A DNA stretch of 64,000 bases, taken from IMG/VR virus record IMGVR_UViG_3300030002_000003, positions 1 through 64,000 of that record, one strand, 5' to 3'. Position 1 is the stretch's first letter. Every line of letters begins with the position of its first letter. Source of the stretch: a virus. Positions 1 to 9,417 of this stretch are shown here, one piece after another. A program made the translations under genes and the position numbers. Under the pieces are notes generated by a model. That model made no database searches. It was given only the letters and a program-made list of their open reading frames with translations, and had not been told where the DNA came from.

Positions 1-2
1 TA

Positions 3-314
3 AAAGAATGGCTAAATGAAGAGTTTGCTCCAGGAAAGAAGAACTTAACAAAGATAATGTCAGAAGCACTACTAGAAGAACTTATACAGTACAATACTAA
101 AGGAAAATTCGATAGGGTAATAGCACTGATAATGGTAATGATATACAGGCTTCAAATGCATAATACATATGTAAAGAAGCGTGATTCAGAATCCAAAAAG
201 ATTAACTTATTTGATAAGCCACTATTCTCTAAAGAATGGTATTCTGGTACAGAGTTATCAGATCTATCAGATATAGACCTAAATACAAATACTAAAGAAA
301 TAAAATGGTTTTAA
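3..314 (+). CDS. terL: Large terminase subunit, C-terminal fragment (gene starts upstream of window)
   Basis: Frame is open from nt 3 (KEWLNEEFAPGKKNLTKIMSEALLEELIQYNTKGKFDRVIAL). The 'LLEELI.YN..G.FDRV.AL' nuclease-domain ending is typical of crAss-like TerL, and the gene lies just upstream of the portal. Confidence 0.85.
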   Translation, partial: KEWLNEEFAPGKKNLTKIMSEALLEELIQYNTKGKFDRVIALIMVMIYRLQMHNTYVKKRDSESKKINLFDKPLFSKEWYSGTELSDLSDIDLNTNTKEIKWF

Positions 315-315
315 T

Positions 316-1080
316 ATGATACCTAAAACAATTAAGCCAATACTACCAAATCTAGACCTGACTGCCAATAAAATTCAGACTCCAGTAAAAGGAATGTTTA
401 CCGATATGAAATCAATTGGAAGTGTTGATCTTTCAAATAGGACGTTATCTCCTAAAGAATTTACAGAGAAGTATATTCAATCGCCTATATATAAAAAGAG
501 AATGGAGTTATCTGGATATGAGGATTTAGAAAAAAATAGACAGACTAGGCTAAAAGCAGTACAGGAGTCTAATACTATTATACAGGAAAAGACCCCTTCT
601 ATAGCAAAGCAAATCTCAAATGAACTAAATGGAATTCCCTATAGTAATTCTGGAAGTAATGCCGTAACTCCTAAATATGTTATAGTAGATAAGTCCGAGG
701 CTAAGAAATATAACGTTCCAGTAAGTAGCATAGAGACTCATGAATATAGTCACAAGGAGACCGGGATAGATAAGGATCTATTGAATAATAATGATATAAT
801 GCAGTTGCAAGATAGGCTTAGACCTACTATACGCGATGAGCATGATATAGACCCAACAGAGAATAAGGCCGATATGAATGCACTTCGATACGAATTATAT
901 AAAAGCGGAGTTGATGTATTCAATGGGAAGATAGAGCAAAAACATTTAGACATGATAAGGAATTCTAAGTCATCTGGAGGTAAAAGGCTTTTAAAGAATT
1001 ACGAAGACAAGGACGCATTATGGCTTTTGAATAATGTTGCTCAAAACAAACAAAATAACAACGAAATACTTAATGTTTAA
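316..1080 (+). CDS. Putative zincin-like metallopeptidase (HExxH), possibly virion-packaged
   Basis: HEYSH at nt 739-753, followed by the downstream 'PTENKAD' glutamate (possible third ligand); coupled to terL via TAATATG. Confidence 0.55.
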   Translation: MIPKTIKPILPNLDLTANKIQTPVKGMFTDMKSIGSVDLSNRTLSPKEFTEKYIQSPIYKKRMELSGYEDLEKNRQTRLKAVQESNTIIQEKTPSIAKQISNELNGIPYSNSGSNAVTPKYVIVDKSEAKKYNVPVSSIETHEYSHKETGIDKDLLNNNDIMQLQDRLRPTIRDEHDIDPTENKADMNALRYELYKSGVDVFNGKIEQKHLDMIRNSKSSGGKRLLKNYEDKDALWLLNNVAQNKQNNNEILNV

Positions 1081-1083
1081 ACA

Positions 1084-4000
1084 ATGAGAGATACAACTAG
1101 CATTTTCCCGGCACAGAAGCTTAGTCTAAAGAAAAAGAACGCTGAATGGGGAGAAACGTGCGTTGACTATATCATAGGAATGGGGGAGACTGTACCATCT
1201 GGTTCAGATAGAACTTCATTCGAAGAGATGGCTGCATATTACGACCTATACAATAGCATATTTGATCCAAAAGATTTAAAGCATGTTACTGACCCATTTA
1301 ATCAAGAAGATGGATTTCCTGCTAATCCTCAGAGTATTAATATCATAAAATCTAAAATAGATCTACTTCTTGGAGAAGAAGCTAAGCATCCATTTAGATT
1401 TAGAGTTATTAGAACTAGCCAAGATGCAGCGTCTGACGTACAAGATAAGATGAAGCAAATGCTTATGGATTATACCATGGCTACTATTCTATCTGGAATG
1501 GATGAGAAATCTGCTCAAGAATACCAAGAGAAGCTACAGACCGGTGAATTAATGCCGCCTGAAAAAATAATGAACTATGTATCTAAAGGATATAAAGACA
1601 TTGCAGAGAACTCAGCATATCATACACTTAACTATCTAAAAGAAAAGCTTAATCTACCTCACGAATACTCTAAAGGATGGAAAGATGCTTTAATTGCTGG
1701 TAAAGAGGTATACTACACTGGAGTAGTTAACGGAGAGCCAAATATGGAACGCGTTAATCCACTATACTTCGGTCATGATCATTCACCTGATATGGAGTTC
1801 ATAGAAGATGGTGATTGGGCTGTTAGACGTATGAGAATGTCTTATACTGAGGTATACGATAGATTGTTTGATAAGATGACAGAGAAAGAGCTAGATAAGT
1901 TATTAGAACTTACTGGTCAGAATCCACAATCTGGTAGATATGGTAAAGATACTCCATCATCATTAGATTATGTCAACATGAACATGAAGACTGTAGCAGG
2001 TGGAGGTGATAGTACTATTAATCAACCAAATCAAGTTAATCTATGGCATGCGGTATGGAAATCATACAAAAAGATTGGATTCGTAAAAGTACTTGGCGAT
2101 AATGGAGAGCCTAACGAGATCATAGTAAGTGAAGACTATATGGTTATCGGCAACGAACTTAGCATCGAATGGAAATGGGTTATCGAAGTATGGGAAGGCT
2201 ATAGAATTGGAGAAGATATCTATATTGGGATAGCTCCACTAGAATATCAACACGTTTCTGCAGATAACCTTAATTCACAGAAATTACCTTATAGTGGCGT
2301 TATATATAATAACACTAATTCTACTCCTAAGTCATTAGTGGCTATAATGAAACCGCTTCAATACATGTACATAGTTATATGGTACAGACTTGAACTTGCG
2401 TTAGCTAGAGATAAAGGGAAGGTTATCAACATGGATATCACGCAGATACCTAAATCGATGAATATAGATCCAGCTAAATGGATGCATTATCTATCATCTG
2501 TAGGCGTTAACTTTATTAATCCATACGAAGAAGGTTGGGATATACCAGGACGTGAAGGTGGTAAGTGTTTTGGTCGCGGAACAAAGATATTAATGTTTGA
2601 CGGAAGTTTAAAAAACATTGAAGATGTGTCTGTTGGGAATTTAGTAATGGGTCCAGACTTGTCTCCTAGACGAGTACTTAATACGCACAATGGAGTCGAC
2701 AATATGTATAAGATAGTCCCTAGCTCTGGAGGAGATGTTCAAATAGTTAATAGCAGACACGATATATACTATGGTTTAAAAAATCATCATACGAACGAAG
2801 TATCTTTTATTACGTCCACCCCAGAAGAGCTGATGTTAAAGTTCAATAAAACCCCATCATGTAGAGATAGGCACTTTCTATATAGGAGAGGGGAGATAGA
2901 TATGTGGCGAAGTGGGAATTATAGAGATCATTTAATAGATCCGTACACTCTTGGACTATGGATTGGCGATGGAAGCACAAACAAAGCTCAGTTCGAAAGT
3001 ATGGATACGGAGATAATAAACTATCTAGAGGAATTTGCTATTCTTCATGGAATGAATACTAGAATAACTGCGAACATAAATAGTCGATCTCTTACTGTAA
3101 ATTTATCTGGAGGAAGTAGATCAAAATACAGGAACCTGCCTGGCAATTGGTTTTTGGATAGGCTTTCCGATCTGAACATAAGAGAGTATAAGGATATTCC
3201 AGAAGAGTATATATACACATCAAAGGAAAATAGGCTTTCAATCCTTGCTGGCCTTATAGATACCGATGGATGGTACGATAAAACAAAAAATAGATTTGGA
3301 TTCTGTCAAACAGAGTATAGAAAGCACATTGTTGATAAATTTGCATTTATTGCAAGAAGTTTAGGAATGAAGGTGTCTGTTAGAAAAAGAAAATGTACGC
3401 CATCGGAATTATGTAAAAACCATGCTGAATTTTGTTATGTTGCAAGTATACTAAGTGGATGCGAAAGAATTCCAACTAGAATAAAAAGAAAGCAAACTAA
3501 TCAAGTAAAATTCTTCGCAAGAGATGCTAATAGATCAATGTTTAATGTCGAGTATCATGGAGTTGATGAATATTTTGGATTTGAGTTGGATCAAGATCAT
3601 TTGTTCCTTCTTGGAGATTTGACAATAGCTCACAACTCAGCACAGTTCAATCAGATCACTGCTTTAGACTTAACTATGTCTAATGTTATTAACCAGTATA
3701 TTGGATTAATGAATAAGATAGAGGATATGATGGCTGAGATATCGGGCGTATCTAGACAACGTCAAGGCGAGATTTCTCCAAGCGAATTAGTTGGTAATGT
3801 TAATGCAGCTGTAAGTAACTCTGCAAGCATCACAGAACCTCTCTACTGGACTCATAATCAATGTAAGCGTAATTCATTAAGAATGTTATTGAATACCGCT
3901 AAGGAGGTCTGGAAGGACTCTAAGCGTGTTAGCTTGCAATACATAATGGATGATTCTACAAGAACATTCCTTAAGTTGGCAGATAACTTCTTCTATGAGG

Positions 4001-4710
4001 ACTACGATATATTTGTATCTGACTCAGTTAAGGATCTACAGGACTTGGAAGCTGTTAAATCACTTTATCAACCTGCCATGCAGAATGGTGCTACTATATT
4101 AGATATTGCTGAAATCATGACACTTGATAGTGTTAGTGCAATTAAATCTAAATTAGCTGGTATTGAAAAAGCTAGAGGAGAGAAAGAGCAGGCTGCCGCC
4201 GAACAAGAAAATCAACGTCAAATGCAATTGATTGATGCTCAAAATCAAGTTAAATCTCAAGCATTATCATTAGAGCAACAAAAACTCGAACTTGAAAAAT
4301 ATAAAATTGATACTGACAACCAGACTAAGATATATGTTGCTGAGCTTAGTGCTTATAGAGGACAACAAGATCTTGATGCTGATCAGAACGGTATTCCAGA
4401 TGTAATGGAAATTGCTGACATGTCATTGAAGCAAAGAGCTCAAGACTCTAACGAGATGGATAAAGCAATGCAGTTGTCTGTTAAACAGAAAGAAGCTGCT
4501 ATGAAACATAATTTAGAAGTTAGAAAGATTCAGCAACAGAAAGCTACTGAAGACGGTAAGCTTGCTTTGGATCATGATAAGCTAGAGCTGGAGGATAAAA
4601 AGATTAAGGCTGTGAAAGAACTTCAGGCTATGAAGGATCGGAACGCTATGGATAGAGAGAGATTAAAAGCTAAGACTGCAATGAAGAATAAGGTAACAGG
4701 AGAAAGATAA
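1084..4710 (+). CDS. Portal protein (intein-containing precursor; ~851 aa after splicing)
   Basis: crAss-type portal motifs (FPAQKL, NIIKSKIDLLLGEE, EVWEGYRIG, RLELALARDKGK, GVSRQRQG), coiled-coil C-terminus, and position between terL and scaffold/MCP. Confidence 0.9.
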   Translation: MRDTTSIFPAQKLSLKKKNAEWGETCVDYIIGMGETVPSGSDRTSFEEMAAYYDLYNSIFDPKDLKHVTDPFNQEDGFPANPQSINIIKSKIDLLLGEEAKHPFRFRVIRTSQDAASDVQDKMKQMLMDYTMATILSGMDEKSAQEYQEKLQTGELMPPEKIMNYVSKGYKDIAENSAYHTLNYLKEKLNLPHEYSKGWKDALIAGKEVYYTGVVNGEPNMERVNPLYFGHDHSPDMEFIEDGDWAVRRMRMSYTEVYDRLFDKMTEKELDKLLELTGQNPQSGRYGKDTPSSLDYVNMNMKTVAGGGDSTINQPNQVNLWHAVWKSYKKIGFVKVLGDNGEPNEIIVSEDYMVIGNELSIEWKWVIEVWEGYRIGEDIYIGIAPLEYQHVSADNLNSQKLPYSGVIYNNTNSTPKSLVAIMKPLQYMYIVIWYRLELALARDKGKVINMDITQIPKSMNIDPAKWMHYLSSVGVNFINPYEEGWDIPGREGGKCFGRGTKILMFDGSLKNIEDVSVGNLVMGPDLSPRRVLNTHNGVDNMYKIVPSSGGDVQIVNSRHDIYYGLKNHHTNEVSFITSTPEELMLKFNKTPSCRDRHFLYRRGEIDMWRSGNYRDHLIDPYTLGLWIGDGSTNKAQFESMDTEIINYLEEFAILHGMNTRITANINSRSLTVNLSGGSRSKYRNLPGNWFLDRLSDLNIREYKDIPEEYIYTSKENRLSILAGLIDTDGWYDKTKNRFGFCQTEYRKHIVDKFAFIARSLGMKVSVRKRKCTPSELCKNHAEFCYVASILSGCERIPTRIKRKQTNQVKFFARDANRSMFNVEYHGVDEYFGFELDQDHLFLLGDLTIAHNSAQFNQITALDLTMSNVINQYIGLMNKIEDMMAEISGVSRQRQGEISPSELVGNVNAAVSNSASITEPLYWTHNQCKRNSLRMLLNTAKEVWKDSKRVSLQYIMDDSTRTFLKLADNFFYEDYDIFVSDSVKDLQDLEAVKSLYQPAMQNGATILDIAEIMTLDSVSAIKSKLAGIEKARGEKEQAAAEQENQRQMQLIDAQNQVKSQALSLEQQKLELEKYKIDTDNQTKIYVAELSAYRGQQDLDADQNGIPDVMEIADMSLKQRAQDSNEMDKAMQLSVKQKEAAMKHNLEVRKIQQQKATEDGKLALDHDKLELEDKKIKAVKELQAMKDRNAMDRERLKAKTAMKNKVTGER
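2566..3636 (+). mobile_element. Intein with LAGLIDADG homing endonuclease (357 aa) in portal
   Basis: Block A begins CFGRGTKILMFDGSLKNIEDV; block B-like VNSRH; LAGLIDADG helices LGLWIGDG and LAGLIDTDG; blocks F/G YFGFELDQDHLFLLGDLTIAHN, followed by +1 Ser. Exteins rejoin as GREGGK|SAQFNQ. Confidence 0.95.
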
Positions 4711-4711
4711 T

Positions 4712-5026
4712 ATGAAATTAAAAGAAAGATTAGTAGATCTACCAGATCTAAATGTTACTGCTAAAAGAATTAAGAGCAAACTTCCTATAAATGAACCGGC
4801 TAAATTAGTTAAGCCGGTATATGATACTCAGTATACACATACTACTGATTTAAACTTCTATAATAGCGGTCAATTATCCGATACAGAGAAGGCTTTGTAT
4901 GATCCAAAAACTCTTACTAGAACATTAACTAAGGATGAGTATGAAGCAGCTATGAAGAATAATGACGAATCGGCCACAGATAATGGGCCTGGATATAGAA
5001 AGATTAAAGTTCTAGTAACTAAATAA
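4712..5026 (+). CDS. Hypothetical protein (N-terminal LPDLNVTAKR motif)
   Basis: 104-aa ORF coupled to the portal stop (TAATATG); fills the gap before the scaffold-like gene. Confidence 0.65.
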   Translation: MKLKERLVDLPDLNVTAKRIKSKLPINEPAKLVKPVYDTQYTHTTDLNFYNSGQLSDTEKALYDPKTLTRTLTKDEYEAAMKNNDESATDNGPGYRKIKVLVTK

Positions 5027-5048
5027 AATACAATTATACTAAATAATT

Positions 5049-6173
5049 ATGAAAAAGAATAATAATGAGATACTGGGTGGGTTCAGCGCTATGTTTGATA
5101 CGCTAACACCTAATGAAGACATTAAAATTAAAGGGGTAGAAGTAGTTGAAGACCCAAACGATCCTACGAATGATACAAATGCTTTTGACTTAGAAGACGA
5201 AGATGAGTTTGAAGAAACTCCAGCTCTAGATATAGAAGACGAAGATGAAGTAGAAGAAGCTAAAGAGACCAAAGAGCCCAAAGCTAAAGAAGAAAAAGAA
5301 GTAGAGCCATCTGCTGAAGACACTGCTGAAGCTGAAACGGTTGGAGCTCTATTTGATTCTATCGCTGAATCAGTTGGATGGACTGATATAGAAGAAGATG
5401 ACAAACCTAAGTCTGTAGAAGGTCTTATAGACTACATGAAAGCCGCTGTAGAGGCATCAAGTGTCCCAGAGTATGCAAATGACGATATAGCTAGCTTAGA
5501 CGCCTACGTAAAGGCTGGTGGATCTATAGAGGACTATCTTAATGTTGCCAAAGCTGGAACTGATTATGATGCCTTAGATATAGAGGACACTACTACTCAG
5601 AAACAATTGATTAGAGAGTATCTATCTGAAAAGGGATTTAGCGATACTCAGATCAAAAGAAAGCTTGAAAAGTATGAAGATGCTGACCTTTTAGAGGATG
5701 AGGCTACCGATGCACTCGAATTTCTTAAAGAATCTAAGGAGCAAAATAAGAAAGCGCTATTAGAGAGCCAAAATCTTGCTAACCAGGCTGCTATCGAAAG
5801 CCAACAAACATTCTACAACTCCGTTGTTGATGAAATAGAGTCACTTAATGATGTAAGAGGTATCCAAATACCGAAGACCGATAAGAAGGCATTAATGGAA
5901 TATATATTCAAAGTTGAGGCTGATGGTAAAACAAAATACCAAAAAGAATATGCCAAATCTACTAAGAATCTGATCGAATCTGCATACTTCACTATGAAGG
6001 GCGATGCATTGATTAGTCAAGCTAAACGATCTGGAGAGACATCTGCCGTATCGAGACTTAAACAAACTTTAAGTTCTAACAAAATAAGTGGTTCAAAACA
6101 AACAATAAATAACGGGTCGGCAGTACCATTGTGGTCATTAGCGTCACAACAACTTTTGCGAAAGCCCCAATAA
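5049..6173 (+). CDS. Acidic scaffold-like protein upstream of MCP (conserved crAss-like gene)
   Basis: Very D/E-rich N-terminal half, helical C-terminal half, immediately upstream of the major capsid gene. Confidence 0.7.
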   Translation: MKKNNNEILGGFSAMFDTLTPNEDIKIKGVEVVEDPNDPTNDTNAFDLEDEDEFEETPALDIEDEDEVEEAKETKEPKAKEEKEVEPSAEDTAEAETVGALFDSIAESVGWTDIEEDDKPKSVEGLIDYMKAAVEASSVPEYANDDIASLDAYVKAGGSIEDYLNVAKAGTDYDALDIEDTTTQKQLIREYLSEKGFSDTQIKRKLEKYEDADLLEDEATDALEFLKESKEQNKKALLESQNLANQAAIESQQTFYNSVVDEIESLNDVRGIQIPKTDKKALMEYIFKVEADGKTKYQKEYAKSTKNLIESAYFTMKGDALISQAKRSGETSAVSRLKQTLSSNKISGSKQTINNGSAVPLWSLASQQLLRKPQ

Positions 6174-6202
6174 CAAAAAAATAATAAAACTTAGTTTTAT
6201 AT

Positions 6203-7678
6203 ATGGAAAACGGAATTTTAAACGATCTGCAACTTTACAAAGGCAAATGGTTTTCTGACTTAGTTGATGAAAACAAATTGTCTAATGCTTTACTTATTAA
6301 ACCTCATGAAGTATCTAGCGTAATCTCTTACGTATTTGGTACTAAAGATAGTGGCTATAACTCATCTCTTGACTTCCTTACTGGTGGTTTAGGTAAGACT
6401 ATGGTTATCGATCAACGTGAATTCAGATGGTCAGTTATGATCGATTCTGATCGTGCGGTTACTATTCGTTCTGCTAAATGGAATGGCTCAGCAGTGACTA
6501 CTGGCGTAACAGCTGGTTTAGGAAATACTCCAATCATGTTGTCTCTAGAAGATAAATGGTTCGGACCTGGCTCAATCATCGAATTGGACGATAAAGAATA
6601 TCAATTACGTGTAGCTGGCGCTCCTTACCAAGATGGTAATGAATGGGTTTATACCTGTTTCATCGCTGACGGTCAAGCAACTTCTTATGTTCCTGCTGAA
6701 TATTTAACAGCTGGATCTCAAGTTTCTCGTTTAGGTTCTGCCTATGAAGAGTATTCAGAAGAAGCTGATATCATCAACTATAGCACTCATATCAAATTGC
6801 ATAATCACCTTACTACTGTTCGTTTGTCTTATGACATCACCGGTTCTGCTTATAGCACCGTTCTTGCAGTAGCTTTAAAAGATCCTAAAACTGGTAAGAC
6901 TTCTTACTTGTGGTCAGACTTCCAAGAGTGGAAAGCAATGCGTGAGTGGTACAAACGTCTAGAACGCCAATTAGTTTACTCTAAATACAATGCAGCTGCT
7001 GATGGCACTACTGAATTGATGGGTACTAATGGTCGTCCAGTATATATCGGAGCTGGTCTATTGCAACAAATTGCACCTGCTAACCGTAGATATTATACTC
7101 AATTGACAGCAGAATTGCTAGAAGACTTCTTGTTTGATATGTCTTATAACATGATTGGAACTAACGATCGTAAATTCGTTGCCTTTACTGGCGAAATGGG
7201 TATGCGTGAGTTTGACAAAGTATTGAAACAAAAAGTTGCTGCATTTACTTTAGTAGATAGCAAATTCATTACTGGTTCTGGTCAAGAGCTTACATTAGGT
7301 GGTCAATTCACTACTTATCGTATGACTAACGGTATTGAACTTACTGTTAAACATATGCCTTTGTATGATGACTTGATTCATAATCGTAAATTGCATCCAA
7401 TCACTGGAAAGCCAACTGAATCATATCGTTTCACTTTCCTTGACTTCGGTGTAAGAGATGGTGAAGCTAATATCGTTAAGGTAGCTAGAAAAGAAAGAGA
7501 GTTGAGTATCTGGCATAATGCTGGTTCTGTAGCTCCTGGTGCAGGTTATGCTAAGTCAACTAACACTTTGCGTTCAAATGCAAAAGATGGTTACTCTGTA
7601 CACTTCTTAGGTGAAGTTGGTATCATGGTTCGCGACCCACGTGCTTGTGGAGAGCTCATACTCGACGTTATTGATTAA
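6203..7678 (+). CDS. Major capsid protein
   Basis: 491 aa with high-expression codon bias; crAss-type MCP motifs (GRPVYIGAGLLQQI, FTGEMGMREFD, GGQFTTY, DGYSVHFLGEVGIMVRDPRACGEL). Confidence 0.92.
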   Translation: MENGILNDLQLYKGKWFSDLVDENKLSNALLIKPHEVSSVISYVFGTKDSGYNSSLDFLTGGLGKTMVIDQREFRWSVMIDSDRAVTIRSAKWNGSAVTTGVTAGLGNTPIMLSLEDKWFGPGSIIELDDKEYQLRVAGAPYQDGNEWVYTCFIADGQATSYVPAEYLTAGSQVSRLGSAYEEYSEEADIINYSTHIKLHNHLTTVRLSYDITGSAYSTVLAVALKDPKTGKTSYLWSDFQEWKAMREWYKRLERQLVYSKYNAAADGTTELMGTNGRPVYIGAGLLQQIAPANRRYYTQLTAELLEDFLFDMSYNMIGTNDRKFVAFTGEMGMREFDKVLKQKVAAFTLVDSKFITGSGQELTLGGQFTTYRMTNGIELTVKHMPLYDDLIHNRKLHPITGKPTESYRFTFLDFGVRDGEANIVKVARKERELSIWHNAGSVAPGAGYAKSTNTLRSNAKDGYSVHFLGEVGIMVRDPRACGELILDVID

Positions 7679-7710
7679 CAACATCAAAGATTAATTCTTT
7701 TTCATGAATT

Positions 7711-7745
7711 AAAAAAAGTATGCCTCTATTGGTTTAGAGGCATAC
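7711..7745 (-). terminator. Hairpin/intrinsic terminator after MCP (U-tract on minus strand)
   Basis: Perfect 11-bp stem GTATGCCTCTA/TAGAGGCATAC (7718-7745), preceded by A7 on the + strand. Confidence 0.6.
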
Positions 7746-7896
7746 AACTAAATAAAGCAAAAAATCAAATTTTGTCAATAATGTCAAATAGTAAGGCTTA
7801 AAGATATTTTGAATTAGTTTACTAACTCATAGGGAATAATTGATCCTATAGCGTTGGATTAATTATATTTAATATTAATTTAAATCTTATAAAATT

Positions 7897-8625
7897 ATGG
7901 CACTTACATTAGATGGAACTACCACATTGCCTGCAATGGGTGGCTCAGGATTAGGTTCAGGAGTTGGCTTAGGAGCAGTTGGTGGTGGTATCGCCGGTTT
8001 GCTTATAGGTGGATTACTTGGAAACAATGGTGGTGGACTATTCGGAGGAAACGGAAATAATAATGACGTTCAATTCGATGCTGTTCAAGGACAAATAAAC
8101 AATCTATCCGGACAAATTAGCAATGAGGCTTTATCTTCAGAGATAAGATCAGATGCTATCAGTCTAGCTGGAAGTATTGCTGGAGTGGGAACTCAGATTG
8201 GTCAATTAGCTACAGCTCAAGCTTCTGCTAATTTTACTACTCTAGACTCTATCAATGGCTTAGGAAGAGACATTACTGCACAATCAAATCAAAATGCTTT
8301 GCAGCAATTGAATAGCTTCAATAATCTATCTACTACCACATTGCAAGGATTCAATAGTCAGGCAATGCAAATGCAAAATGCTACAAATCAAATTATAGCA
8401 CAAGGTACTGCAAATGCAATGGCTATGGCCAACTGCTGTTGTGAAATAAAGAGTACTATCCTTGCCGACGGCAATTCTACTAGAGCATTGATAAATGACC
8501 TTAATGTTCAAAACTTAAGAGATCAATTAGCTGCGGCTAATAATAAAGTTTCCAACAATGAACAAAATCAGTACTTACTTAGTACTTTGATTGCTCATTT
8601 GAAACCAGCCGATGTTATTATCTAA
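7897..8625 (+). CDS. Gly-zipper/coiled-coil protein with CCC motif, function unknown
   Basis: Hydrophobic Gly-rich N-terminus (GLGSGVGLGAVGGGIAGLLIGGLLG), N/Q-rich heptads and 'ANCCCEIK'; recalled as a recurrent uncharacterised phage family. Confidence 0.75.
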   Translation: MALTLDGTTTLPAMGGSGLGSGVGLGAVGGGIAGLLIGGLLGNNGGGLFGGNGNNNDVQFDAVQGQINNLSGQISNEALSSEIRSDAISLAGSIAGVGTQIGQLATAQASANFTTLDSINGLGRDITAQSNQNALQQLNSFNNLSTTTLQGFNSQAMQMQNATNQIIAQGTANAMAMANCCCEIKSTILADGNSTRALINDLNVQNLRDQLAAANNKVSNNEQNQYLLSTLIAHLKPADVII

Positions 8626-8634
8626 TTAAAAATT

Positions 8635-8660
8635 ATACAGGGAGTTTCGGCTCCTTGTAT
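8635..8660 (+). terminator. Stem-loop with TTCG loop after CCC gene
   Basis: ATACAGGGAGT-TTCG-GCTCCTTGTAT; lacks a strong U-tract, so it may be a stabiliser or attenuator. Confidence 0.45.
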
Positions 8661-8674
8661 ACATCTTATAAAAC

Positions 8675-8968
8675 ATGGCTAGCCCATTAAACATAGGCGT
8701 ATCGGCTGTAGCAGTCGCACCTATAAATAAGAAAAGAAATTCAATTAGATTTCAAAATGCAGGGACAACTCAGATATACTTGAAAAGGATTCCTTTAGAA
8801 GGAGCTTATTCTTTAGTATCTGCTACTGACTATGAAGCAGTCTTATTTCCAGCATCATCATCTCAAGAAGGTGGAGAGGCTTTTGAAACAGATTCAATAT
8901 TATCATTCATGGCTATATCTCCTGGAACTCCAGGGCTTCTAGCTATATACGAAACTAAAAAAGTTTAA
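8675..8968 (+). CDS. Small beta-sandwich-like hypothetical protein
   Basis: 97 aa with an alternating hydrophobic pattern ('RNSIRFQNAGTTQIYL'). Confidence 0.65.
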   Translation: MASPLNIGVSAVAVAPINKKRNSIRFQNAGTTQIYLKRIPLEGAYSLVSATDYEAVLFPASSSQEGGEAFETDSILSFMAISPGTPGLLAIYETKKV

Positions 8969-8972
8969 TATA

Positions 8973-9146
8973 ATGGAAGAGGAATATTTTAAAATAAGTA
9001 TGGAAAAGGTTTTTGAACTAAGGAGTAGTGAAATTATTCAAGACATAAGAAGATTCTATCTAGATAAACTTGGTAAGGCTACTGCTGATATGCTAGATGC
9101 ATACGAACCTAAACCTTCTGAGATATTGAAACTATTCACTCGCTAA
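8973..9146 (+). CDS. Small hypothetical protein (57 aa, absent from ORF track)
   Basis: ATG at 8973 reads MEEEYFKISMEKVFELRSSE...LKLFTR to TAA; fills the gap between 8968 and 9157. Confidence 0.6.
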   Translation: MEEEYFKISMEKVFELRSSEIIQDIRRFYLDKLGKATADMLDAYEPKPSEILKLFTR

Positions 9147-9156
9147 ATAAACTAAT

Positions 9157-9417
9157 ATGGAAGAGATAAAATTACCTACAGTCGTTAGTGATTCTCCTAT
9201 AGAACCAAAAAAAGTTTATCCACTAGTAGAGGAAATGACATTCAAAGCTCCAGTTAAGAGTGAGGAAGAAGGATACAGATTGCTAATGGCTATACAGGTA
9301 TTAGTTAATGAATTGGGATCAGAACAAATTTTATCAACGTATGACTATCTTATAAAGAATCCGTCAATGATTCAAAAAGCTAAGAAATATCTTCCGTATA
9401 TAAAAATGTTAACATGA
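9157..9417 (+). CDS. Hypothetical protein
   Basis: 86-aa ORF with ATGA overlap onto the next gene. Confidence 0.65.
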   Translation: MEEIKLPTVVSDSPIEPKKVYPLVEEMTFKAPVKSEEEGYRLLMAIQVLVNELGSEQILSTYDYLIKNPSMIQKAKKYLPYIKMLT

